This document shows positions 1 to 11,032 of a stretch of 64,000 nt of DNA, piece by piece. The position numbers were made by a program, and so were the translations under genes. Below the pieces are notes generated by a model. That model made no database searches. It saw only the letters and a program-made list of their open reading frames with translations, and was not told where the DNA came from. This DNA is from Dudresnaya verticillata (taxonomy: Eukaryota): positions 186,001 to 250,000 of the forward strand of contig OZ374563.1 in NCBI GenBank assembly GCA_977862235.1. The letters run 5' to 3'. Numbering within the stretch: the first letter of the stretch is position 1; every line of letters starts with the position of its first letter.

Positions 1-729
1 TATTGGTTGCAGTGGAAAGGATAGGACGAGGTGACTTGGAAGGTTTTTCCTTTCGCGTTCAGTCCTGGACAGGAAGTATGCTTCCTGCGGTAGACAGGAA
101 GTATGCTTCCTCTCTACGAGATACAGTGGAACAATACATTTTCCTCCGCGATTGTCACAATAAAATAGCTCATTTGTGTTGACTTGGTTATACCCGCGCA
201 GATATCCGTTGCTAGTGAATTGTTAACACACTACAACAATTGCGGAAGTTGGTATGGTAGCAACCGGAGTTCTCGTGCTATGTTTTCAGCTTTCGTCGGA
301 CTTCGCATACCTTGCAGTTCATCCCTTTGCGAGGGATCCGATATAGCTGCAGGATTAGACCAGAGGATGAGAAAGTGGTATGTGCAGAAGATGAGGAGGA
401 TGTCTGATGGCCTCGAAGATATTGTGTACGTAATATGAGTTGATATCCATGGACAGTGGAAACCAAAACCAATATTGAAATAAGATCATATCCGAGCTGC
501 ATGTGGGCATGAATGCAATATTTTCCAACCGGGTAGGAGATCTGAGGTTGATCTTTCTTGACAAACTCTGCCGCGGCACGTCGCGACTTTATTACCAGCT
601 CCTCGGATTTCTTTGTCAAGTGGACAACGTTTTACTAGGCTCGCCATGCCCAGGAGGGTTCCTGGTCTTCCAAAGCGCGCTGGTGTTGTAAAGGGGATGA
701 AGTAGAAGTGGAGACGTTACCGACGTGGA

Positions 730-3700
730 GTGGAAGATGAAATTTTGCTAGGAGTGTCATCTTCACGAGAACAGGATACTGCTGAGAATGGCCGTCATCA
801 GACATCCCAATTGTTTCCTGGGGGAGATATGAGCACACCTATTCCTCATAGAACCGATAATGCAGTTGCAGGGCTGCTTTTCATGGATGATGAGGGGCCA
901 TTTCTCCACGGTACTCATGAGCTGCAGCTGGAATGTTCATATGTCCTGTAAGTACCACAGGTGCTTTTGGGGATCGACCAGGAGCTCTGGATACATTAAG
1001 TCAAGAACAGGAGCCCCATTTCAGAGATCCCTTACGACAAGACGATGAGGGCCAGCAGCAGACGATAGATCGGCAAAATAGACCTCTTGTCGTGGAATAC
1101 GATGCACACAATGAGGAAGAAATAGATGGGTTTGTCATGGAAACCACAGCGCCGCCGCAGCGATGCAGAGGGGAACCGGAAGGAGGGATAGAAGAGCGGG
1201 ATGAGGAGGAAGCCATTCGTGAGGGAATACCGCAATCCGGGGCCCCAGGGTTGACTCAGGATCTCATCGAACATCCAGAAAGTATGAACACAGGTCAAAA
1301 TGACGATCGAAAGGAAGGGGGTATCGACAGTTGGCAAAAGCTCGTCCCAGTATTGTTGGTGAACGGTAGTGTCAAGTACACGAAGCTTCAGTTTGTGGTT
1401 TTTTCATCTCTGTGCAACTTCTTCAATGGGAATAGTGTATCATCATGGAGGAGATTAATCTTACCCTCGTCAGGAGACAGTCATGTGGAGGCATCAGGGC
1501 AGCGGTTTTACCCGTTCAGGAACGAACGTTCAGGAAGGTTTTCGAGTTTGAACCAGGAAGGGAAAGATTTAAAAGTCTTTCCGTGCTCTCGCACTGTGAA
1601 AGACGTACATGCCACATATCTAAGGAACAATCTCACCTGTAGGGGAATCATCGAGAGACACAAGATCAGGCACAGTGCTCCTGTTGTATCTTCGCGTTGC
1701 CTTAGGGGTGGAGATTTCGGATATGCAAGTCTCAGAATTGTCGTTGTGAGCGAGTATGCCAGAATGGATCTATCCTGCGGTCCAGTTTATAGAGCTATGC
1801 TGTCGACGAGCTCGGAAAGGTGCAGAGCCAATTCACACAACAGCTATGCTCCCGGTAGGGCTGGCAGTGCGGACTGCAGCCATGGACACACTGAAAACTT
1901 CCCTGGTGTGAGGCCGTGGGATTTTTATTGATTACTGGCCCCTTGTTGCTGCCCGCAAATATTTCTACGGAGGTCCCAGAACCGTGTGTCTGGATTGGGA
2001 CCAACGTATTAATCCATATGAAGGTGTTCAGGAAACATTTAATCGCAGGCTGGAGCCAGGAGATACAGTCAGACTCAGTTTGTTCGGGCAAGGAAAGCCT
2101 CCGGAACGAATATTGTCAATGTTCTCTATTTCTGACGGCCGCGGACAGGACGAGAGCGAGGATGGACCTTTTTTGTTCGGTACTGTAGCGGTTATATGGG
2201 ATGCTACTTACCACGCATCGGATCATCCGCTTCATACTGAAAATGCTCGAGTTGGAGACATTTCTAATTATGAGATGTCTGTGGTGAATTCATTGCACGC
2301 CAAGCCTCCTGATCTATATAACCACGAGAAAACAGTGAAGGTAGGTGATAATTTAATGATGCTACGGCCACCACACGGGAGCCATAGGAGTGAACGAGGC
2401 CATGTTATCGTTGGATACCGTTTTTTATCCAAGAAGGGGAGACCTCTAGGTATTGCTTCTTTGTTGATGGATGTGGATCCAGAGATGTCTAGGAACAAAG
2501 AAACGCCGTAAACGTCTCACTATCAAGCCGCATACAAAGCCTGGACAACCTTACTGTTCTTCCACGACGAGTGCAACGGGATTCTCAATCTAGAAACAAT
2601 CGTTCTCAAATAAGTCTAAGACCTGTAACCGAAGTCAAACTATTTCGTGCACACGGTGGTAGGAGAGATCTTTCCTCGACGAAACCCATTCCTAGTTCAG
2701 GAGAACTTCCTGATGGAAGCAGGTATTTCATTTACCGCTTCCTGCTTTTCTGGGACGGTTTCCGTATATCAGATGGAAAACAGGCCAGTGGGGAAGGCGT
2801 TTACATGATTCCGCTAAACCTTCCTCCCTCCTATCGAAATACAAGCTCTGCAGTGAGAATTTTGTGCGTTACACCTCCCGGGGTGAGCCCAAATGTTGTA
2901 TTCGCTGCGTTGTGGAAAGTTATATTGAAGGGAACAACGGAAGGGTTTCTTGACTACAACGCGAATGGTCAAGCTGTGAAAATATTCCTGGACCATGTCG
3001 GTTCAATTGGTGATACCCCGGCTATCAATGCTGCAACGGATTGCATGGGACAATGTGCAGATTCCTGCTGCCATTTGTGCAGATTTCGCACAGCAGCAGT
3101 CCAGGAAATAGACACGGGCAGAGAGAAGTACCAAACAAAAACGAGATATCTTAATACTGAGACTCATTCAATGAGCTCAGATGCGAATAGAACCATGAGC
3201 AGACATCAGGGTCTGAGAGACTGCGATGTCGATAAGGAAGTGTTTAGGTTTTTGGGAATGAAGGCAAGCGGCAAGGAAGGAATATGTCCCATTCACGATA
3301 TTTCACGTTCTCTGTCGCAGATACAGGACCCAGTGCCGAAACTATCGGATGGCCGCCCCCTGTTGCCGGCTATCATGGACCCGTACATGGGGGTGTTGGT
3401 GGCTCCTGACCATCTATTGTGTGGGCATGCGCGTGATTGCATTAATTCTGCAGTACGGCTTCTCCCGTCTCCGTTGTTCAGGAAAGCTTTCGAGACTGCG
3501 GCCCTTTCTATCATGAGTGATATACGTCTTCAAGGTCAAAATTCCCTGTTGGATTCATCAGGAACTTTGCACACTATGACTCTCAGTGAGGTGTACACGT
3601 TGCTTTATGTATCTTCTCCGTCATTTGAGATTTCGAAGAACATGGTAAGGACGAACAGGTTTCCTGCCGTTCATGCCTCGGATGGTACAGGAAGGCCACA

Positions 3701-5150
3701 AAGATCTCAGGAGGTGTCCAAAAGATGCGAAATCGCTTTCAAGGTTGTTGAATCGTTCTCAAAAGTCGTAACAGAGCTATGGTACTGGCCCCGCGAAGGT
3801 ATTGATGGTTTGGAGGAATTGAAGTATTTTAGCGCTAACAATGGGAACACCCGGATTGAAAGACTAGAACAATTAATTGAAGAACATATCGATGAGGTGA
3901 TGTTGTTGTGCACATTTAGCTCACACATGGTATCCAAACTAAGATCTATAATAGGGCAACGAGGCTCTACTGCTGTGAACAGGAGATCTGCTCTTATCCG
4001 GGACTTGAAGGAAGCTTGTCAGGCGAGGGCGTTCCTGGACTGCCCTAATATGCATCGCCTGAAGGAACTATCAGTAGTGCTACTGCCAATGGTAGGGGAT
4101 ATTGGAAGAGGTTCGGAACTGGTTTTTGAGAGAGCGCATCAAGCCATGAAGCGGGCAATGCAAAGGTCGAACCACATAATCCCACATATTGATGCCATGA
4201 ATGCAGCACAAGTTAATGATTGGAAGGGTCGGTTGAGAATGCTAATCAAAGAGCTCGACTCTCCTCACGCGGATGAAGTGCGTAGTGCATACCTAGGAAT
4301 TATAAGGTTGGTTTGTGGAAGAGAAGAAATTTCAGAAAGAGATGGGAAGCTTCTAAGAGATGATGTCAACTTCGTTCATCGTGTTATCGGCCCGAAGGGC
4401 ACCGTGGATAAGATAATCGAGATAGAAGGGCGGGATGTAATGAACACTGCTACATTGTACACATCTGAAGTTTCCTGGGAGCTTGATAATCCGAAGTGGA
4501 CTGTAACATGCCCATATTCCATCACTTCCGAGGCAGATGTCTCTTCGGCCAACTGTATAGAGTCACAGAAAGAAATGGGACAGGAAACGGTAGATATTCT
4601 ACATGGAACAGGAGGTACAAGATCAGGAACGAGGGTGAGGATGCTTGGATTCAAGGATTATGACATATATATTGGTGACGTCATCCAAGTGCTTTCTTAA
4701 CAAGGAAACGCTCGTCCTGTTTGCTGGCCATATGTTTTGACAGGAAAACCGGACGGAAGGTTTAGCTCTGGAAGTAGTTCTGAACAGGAGCGGGGGCACC
4801 AGGAAGTAACGTTTTGGTGGGTATTGTCATTGTTCAGCGCAGGAAACAATGTCGGTGCCCTTGTTCTCCCATGCAAAATCGCATCTCCTGGCTCGACTGA
4901 AGATCATGTAGAGAATGAGACTCAGTTGGATACGTGCTCATCTCCTCCGTATGAAATCAAAGTACCTGAGAAAGGACCATCCGTACTGATTTTGACACAA
5001 TTCTGTAGGCGTGTCGGGGTAGTTCACTTCTGTGGGGATGGATGCGGTCCTGCCGAGGGAAAAGAACTTGTGCAACATGACAGACACCTGCTGGAATCCC
5101 AGTTCTTCATTTACGACCGCAGAGCTGGATTCCCTCCACATAAGGGGTAA
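730..5150 (+). pseudogene. Degenerate CACTA/EnSpm (CMC/Plavaka-like) DDE transposase gene split by frameshifts and stops
   Basis: Consecutive + ORFs (730-951, 933-1931, 1984-2511, 2571-4700, 4737-5150). The 709-aa ORF has LFWDGF..SGEGVYMIPLNLP..R, IGDTPA, CHLC, APDHLLCGH, PNMHRL and ELVFERAH, the motif order of CMC transposases. 4737-5150 continues in frame after the TAA at 4698-4700. The true 5' start is uncertain. Confidence 0.7.
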
Positions 5151-5574
5151 GTTACGTGCTGTTCAAAATATGTAGAGAATGAAAGAACGTGTGCTACTCT
5201 TGTACACCCTTAAGGGTAGCAGAAACGCATTTATACCTCTATTGTCAGCGGAAGTAAGTAGCTTTCGGAACCTTGTGCTTTACTCATGAATGGAGAAAAT
5301 GGTGGTCAATGTATGAGCTTTGCGATGAGGAGGATAGAAAGTTCTGGCCCGGGCCCCTGATCGCAGAGCTAACAGCTGTTAAGAGCGTCTCCTGACAACT
5401 GTGAGAGTGGCGTATTGCATACCAGAGCCCCGCTGTAACAGGAACTAGCAGCTGCTCAAACGTGTTCCAACCCTGGACAGGAGATCATTTAATTTTGATT
5501 GCTACGCAATTGACTGGAAGCAAATGAAAAGCGAATGTTTATCATAGGAAAGACCCCTAAGCCAATGAGATACA

Positions 5575-6348
5575 CTATTTGTCGGAAGAGAGCTCTTCCT
5601 GGTCCGTCACGTCCGGGCCGCCCAGAATGATGCGGTGTGCTCCAAGTTGAGCGTTGTGCCAAAGAACGTCCATAACGGAAAAGCCAGCAACGGGGCGGTT
5701 TCCATGTGATGGTGAGCTCAGGAGCATAATCGGTCCCGAAAATGAACCTAAAGATGTCAAGAGAAGAATAAGGAAGGGCATTGCAATCTCACAGGAATCC
5801 AATACAAATATAGAAGTGAACATTTCAAAGGCCCTCCTTCTATCTCCGGAAGGACGTAGACACGACGTGAGGATATGTGCACTGATTTCTTCCATGAGAT
5901 GTGGAAATGATTCCATATCACATATCACGACATGGCACTCAGAGAGGTCCAACTCTGGATCAATGCAGTTTGGTTTCCAAGCCGTTGCGCTACGGCTTCC
6001 AGTTCCAGATCGCGACACCCACTCCGCAGTATTGAAAACATTCAGTGAAGCACTGGTACCATCGGCGGAGAAAAGCTCAACCATTCTTAACTCTCCTGCG
6101 AGATCAGCTGCGCTTTCCTGAGTGGAGGTGATGAGAAGACTAGTCATGCAGGCTTTCCTATCCGACGATTGGCATCCATTTTGGATATCCTTCCCAGCAT
6201 TGCCACACCGCTTTTCTAGCTCCCATTGCAGTAATTCCTCGCTCGCAGTAGCGGAATGGTATCCAAGTAACGTCCTTCCTGTCGGGAAGCCACAGAGCAT
6301 GCAAATAGTAGATCTGATGATCCGAACACTTTCAGTCGGAAGAATCAT
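5575..6348 (-). CDS. Hypothetical protein, possibly a degenerate DEAD-box-like RecA domain
   Basis: 257-aa ORF. LLITSTQESAADL, HVVICD, IFVLDSCE and MLLSSP fall in the order of SF2 motifs Ia, Ib, II and III; no Walker A. Confidence 0.35.
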   Translation of the reverse strand: MILPTESVRIIRSTICMLCGFPTGRTLLGYHSATASEELLQWELEKRCGNAGKDIQNGCQSSDRKACMTSLLITSTQESAADLAGELRMVELFSADGTSASLNVFNTAEWVSRSGTGSRSATAWKPNCIDPELDLSECHVVICDMESFPHLMEEISAHILTSCLRPSGDRRRAFEMFTSIFVLDSCEIAMPFLILLLTSLGSFSGPIMLLSSPSHGNRPVAGFSVMDVLWHNAQLGAHRIILGGPDVTDQEELSSDK

Positions 6349-6711
6349 CTGCGATAAATATCAAGCTAAAAAATTGAAGCTGGGACGCATGCGTCTCAAG
6401 CTGGAAAACATTTTCAATTGGAGTGGTCTTTGGGCAGTATATACTGGTGATATACTATAGTATCTTAAAATTGTAAATCACTACGTTGCTGTGTACATGT
6501 TGCAACAAATTTTCGCTTGGACGCATGCGTCTCAAGCTCCAACGCCCTTGAACTGGAGGACGCCCACAGCCTGCGTGTTAAGCTCGAAGGCATTTTCCAA
6601 TCGAAAGATGTCCCATTGGCAAGCTTATGGGAAGCACGTAAAGTACTTGTTTACTTCAAAAGATCATACGAGGCAAAAGATCATACGAGACATCGCAACG
6701 CGTATACGTAT

Positions 6712-8067
6712 CTACGCATCAACTCCACTGCTATGGTCATCCGCAGAATCTTCGGAATCGGAATCCGACGAGTTGCGAACATCCGCTGACTTCCTCCGAT
6801 CTTCGGCAGTAACTGGAGTCGTTCTCGGCGCCTTTTTGCCTCGCTGGGACGCATGCGTCTCACGCTTCTCAGCATTTCCTTGGGAAGACTCCTGATCAGA
6901 TATACTACGGGTGTCCCTTTCAGGCACGTCCAGGAAGGAAATATCTTCTTCCCAGAATTCGTTGGAGTCATCCCTGCAGACGAACGGATTCGCATTCGCA
7001 GCGCGTAGCTGGTCTGAAACTTTGTAGAAATCCGGAAGAACCCTCAACCTTTCCATATAATGCCAAGATCTGATTTTAGAAACCTTCTCCTCTTGCTTAC
7101 GACGAGCTTCACGAGCGAGACGGTTTTCCTTCTTCAGCAAGGCCTTCGCTTCGACGTACTCGCTGACCAAGTCCTCTAGATTCGGAACTTTTTCGAACTC
7201 CTCGATAATCGGAGACGAAGGTGGCGAGTAGGCTTTGTTCTTGTTCGTATGAGCAGGCAGGACCGTCCAAAACAGCATACGAGAGCCTTGCACGCGTATC
7301 TGCGAGGGCATGTCCACAGAGAAAGCGCTTCTCGGTAATATCGTGATGTCACCGGTATGCATCTTGAACTTCCTCTCGCCCTCTTCATAAGCAGACGCAA
7401 GAGACATAACTTCCGTTATATGCTCGAACATCTCCCCATCTTCATCGCTGTCTGCCTCGCTCGTTAGCGTACGAATTGCACCCCAGCCAGTTGTGACGTA
7501 CGAGAAATCCATGTTGCGCGCAGTTGGAACGGGGCACGCGTCAACGCTGCCTCCTAAGTACCAGAAAACGTAGTAGTCCATTTCCCTCTCGTCGTTAATC
7601 CGGCTTCCAGTATAGAACTTAGAATCGAACCCATACTGAGCTGGGGTTAGCAGAGACGGAGTAGAGCAGCACATCTTCTTCTTGGTGATCGCCGTTAACA
7701 TCTCGGCACTTCTGCACATGACATGGGACAGGGAAGCTTCCTTCGGGGGGTAGTGTAGGGCGATGAACCACTCTGCGTCCGGACCATGGCTAAGCGGAGT
7801 GCTGTGCGTTGTCCTCTTGGCCTTGTTGTACGTGCACATGCTGTCCCACTCCTCCACCGTTCCCCACACCCCGTCCCAGTTGCAGCTCACGTCCGGGATG
7901 CATAGGGCCGCTGCCGCATGGTTGTGCTTGAGGCAGTCCCTCATGGATTTCCAACCCCCATATGCGTAGATAGGGACATCACTCAGAGGGTGATCGTAGC
8001 CGATTGCACGCAAAGTCTTGAAGTTTGGAGCCGGAGCTCCCTTGGTTTTCTTCTTCGAGGACGACAT
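6712..8067 (-). CDS. Hypothetical transposon-associated protein (451 aa)
   Basis: Long uninterrupted ATG-initiated ORF with a globular N-terminus, a charged coiled-coil and an acidic tail; no family recognised. Confidence 0.6.
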   Translation of the reverse strand: MSSSKKKTKGAPAPNFKTLRAIGYDHPLSDVPIYAYGGWKSMRDCLKHNHAAAALCIPDVSCNWDGVWGTVEEWDSMCTYNKAKRTTHSTPLSHGPDAEWFIALHYPPKEASLSHVMCRSAEMLTAITKKKMCCSTPSLLTPAQYGFDSKFYTGSRINDEREMDYYVFWYLGGSVDACPVPTARNMDFSYVTTGWGAIRTLTSEADSDEDGEMFEHITEVMSLASAYEEGERKFKMHTGDITILPRSAFSVDMPSQIRVQGSRMLFWTVLPAHTNKNKAYSPPSSPIIEEFEKVPNLEDLVSEYVEAKALLKKENRLAREARRKQEEKVSKIRSWHYMERLRVLPDFYKVSDQLRAANANPFVCRDDSNEFWEEDISFLDVPERDTRSISDQESSQGNAEKRETHASQRGKKAPRTTPVTAEDRRKSADVRNSSDSDSEDSADDHSSGVDA

Positions 8068-9061
8068 ACGGAGCAGCTGTTGATGAGAAGAAAGCAGAAA
8101 GTGAAAGACAACGAGTGAAGTTCCTGAACGTAGATGATGACAACGCGCTTGACTGAAAATGTGGAGTCGAACCGCGCGCGGCGATCTATTTGGGGGGCTT
8201 TGTATACCCTACGGATGTTTGGGAGTAGTGGGGTTTGGAGCTTCGTATCACCTCGAGGACCGTGGGCCAAGTAACGTCAGCCAGTTTCTTGGGCCATTGC
8301 AGACACTCTGGAATATGCGTCTGAATCAAACGGCCGTTTCAACGGTCTGAAATTATACAAGAGATTGTCCCAGCCCACTGTCGCGCATGAAGTATCATTA
8401 CAGTTTTATTAGGGTGCGGCCAATCTGTTCCATGAATTTACAGCTATGACAAATACGAATACTAAATCTGTACGACGCACGCGTCGCAGCATACAGGCCT
8501 GTGGCCCGGGCCTGAAGACGCTCTAGATCTCGCCCGCGCACGCGCACGGGGCACGCAACTCGCATGCAACAGTATTTTGGAAATCATTAAAGAACCCCAA
8601 CGTCGACTCAGTTCCTGCCACGCTAGCGTCCAGCTGCAGCTTCAGAGCTGACGTGCTGCATACCACCACCGGTAAACCTCCCCCACACACACGCGTCTGC
8701 TCCTTGTAGCACACTCGTGCACTAGTGTACTGTCCAGCTGGCGCACACACTTGCGACATGGACCCACGCCGCTACCGAAGATGGACTTGGGCTGCGGCGT
8801 ACACTAGTCGTCTTAGGAATCAGGTGCTAGGAGATGACACGTTCAGCAGTGACGAAGAAGAGGAGCAAGTGGATCTACAAGAGGAAGACCAAGGCGGCCA
8901 AGTCTGCCAATCAGGAAGGCGTGTTCCGCTCGCGGGAGCGCGACCGTCGAGGGATACGACGCTTAACGACGGTGAAGAAGACAGGACTGTGATCCGCAGC
9001 CACGAGGTGCAGGGCACCCAAGTTCGCACGCGGGCACCCACGGATCTGACCATTTCGCGTC

Positions 9062-9108
9062 GTGTTCTCCTGCCGGGATTCATTGCGTGAATCCCGGCAG
9101 GAGAACAC
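9062..9108. repeat. Perfect 21-bp inverted repeat (hairpin, 5-nt loop)
   Basis: GTGTTCTCCTGCCGGGATTCA-ttgcg-TGAATCCCGGCAGGAGAACAC. Confidence 0.95.
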
Positions 9109-9169
9109 CCACCTGAACGGCAACCATCATCATGCGGTGGTGCGCGACGCAAGGGATAGACGTCAAGAG

Positions 9170-9487
9170 ACGGAGACTCCGGCGGCAACTGCAGCTGCGA
9201 CGCATGCGTCCCAATCCAACGGCGCGCCCGTCGTAGGGCGCCCCCAGTCTCCATGGGTGGCGGAGATAGCGGCGGCAACTGCAGCTGGGACGCATGCGTC
9301 CCAAGCAAACGGCACGCCCGTCGTGGGGCGCCCCCAGTCTCGACGGGTGGCGGAGACAGCGGCGGCAACTGCAGCTGGGACGCATGCGTCCCAAGCCAAC
9401 GGCGCGCCCGTCGTGGGGCGGCGCCAGTCGCGAGAGGTGGGGGAGGCAGCGGCGGCACCTGAAGCTGCGACGAATGCGTCCCAAGCC
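9170..9487 (+). repeat. 90-bp tandem repeat, about 3.5 copies (30-aa coding repeat)
   Basis: GGCGGCAACTGCAGCTGGGACGCATGCGTCCCAAG... recurs with period 90 (palindrome cores at 9199, 9289, 9379, 9469). Confidence 0.9.
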
Positions 9488-11032
9488 CTCGCGGTGGCCC
9501 TGTATTGGAATGTCCATGAGAACTGTTCTAATACTATTGTCGCAGACATTATCGACAGCATGTTGACGACGATAGTTATGAAGGCCGCGGGAGGTTTGGT
9601 GCAGGGCACTGGAGATATTGGGAAACCTACAGGTGTGGGAGAGGAAACGCCTGCATCCTTGGGACTCTTCCAAAGAAGCCATGACCCTAAAGGGGTAAAG
9701 AGAAGTGGGAACCCGGATGGCCCGGAACCACCGACCAAGAAGCCCAGATCGGACGCAATCGTAGCGGGACAGAGCAGCGTGAAACGGTTGTGCGAAGTTC
9801 TTCCGATGCAGGATGCAGTTCCGGGCCTAACCACCTCGGAACGTAAATTCGCGGCCATGAGGAGGAACATACGAGACGGGGGATTCATTGTGCGCTATAG
9901 TGAATTGCAGGTGTTTTGAAGGAGGACTACTATGGTCAACGACGAGTTCCTGAACTTATTCGTTCGAGCCATCAATCGCCGCAATTTTGAGAGTTGTAAG
10001 CGTCCAGACGGTCGCAAAAGGTCTTTCATTTTCACATCTTTCCTACTTCCCGCACTGGTGATATCTTCGAGGAAGTGCAATGGCAACGCGTATACACTTT
10101 CGAGTAAGTGGTTTGGAAATCAAGTATCGGAAAGCTATGGAAGGGAGTTTGTTATGGCTGACTTCGAGATTCTGATGATGCCCTTACACCTGGGTGGCGA
10201 TCATTGGGCCCTTCTCATCGCTAATTCTTCTCGTCGCTGTGTTCAAGTGTACGACTCACTGCAAACCACAATGAACAACCAAACCAGGGATGCAGTGCAA
10301 CTTTTTAAGAGCTACATATCAGGGGAGGACTCTAATACAAGGCACAGGAGGCGACTTACTCCTTGGACAGGGATCATGGAGTGGCCGACGCATCAGGATC
10401 AGTCCCTTCCAAGACAGGACGACGCCTACTCCTGTGGAATTTTCGTCATGTTTGTAGCCCATTACATTGAGAGGGGTTGCTGCCCCAAGTTTGGGGTGGA
10501 AAACATTACTGTTCTGCGAAGTAGAGCGGTAGCTATAGTGCAAGGTGTCGACATTTCGAAATAAATGCCCCAATGTCTTTGATGACCGATGCTAGCACCG
10601 TTAACCAAAGCTTTGACTGCCTAGCCCTTATCGGCTGATAACTTAATATATGCAATTGAATGGGCATTTGCGTTTGTTCAATAAGCAATTTGCTCGACGT
10701 TTTCATAGCTAAGGCTCGTTCCATGCACGCATGCATGTATAACTGCGCGGTTCTTTGTGGGAGGCATGCGTCCTAGCAATATACATGCAGGACATCGTAC
10801 ATCGATGTGTGTCGTGCGGAGTGGGACGCATATGCGTATATGCCGTATGCATGTGCCTTCACTTATCCGATCCTATAGCGATGACTGTATTTTGAAGTAG
10901 TTATTGTGCGAAGATATCACATTGAGGTAAACGGAATCTTTATTTTCGACATACTGGTTCCAGCTGGGCACGTGCACTACAATTATAGTACTACAAACTA
11001 GTGTGTCTTTTGTGCACACATCTTTCCAACCA

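Larger units (their letters stand above)
8758..10564 (+). pseudogene. Ulp1/SENP-like C48 cysteine protease with repeat-rich N-terminus (frameshift near 9085, in-frame TGA at 9917-9919)
   Basis: 9932-10564 has MVNDEFLNLF, PLHLGGDHWALL, YDSL and QDDAYSCGIFV (His-Asp-Gln-Cys catalytic set). It is in frame with upstream ORF 9062-9919. Confidence 0.8.

Noticed and set aside
9170..9487. CRISPR-like array of palindromic repeats
   Set aside because: The intervening sequences are near-identical rather than unique spacers, the context is eukaryotic and there are no cas genes.
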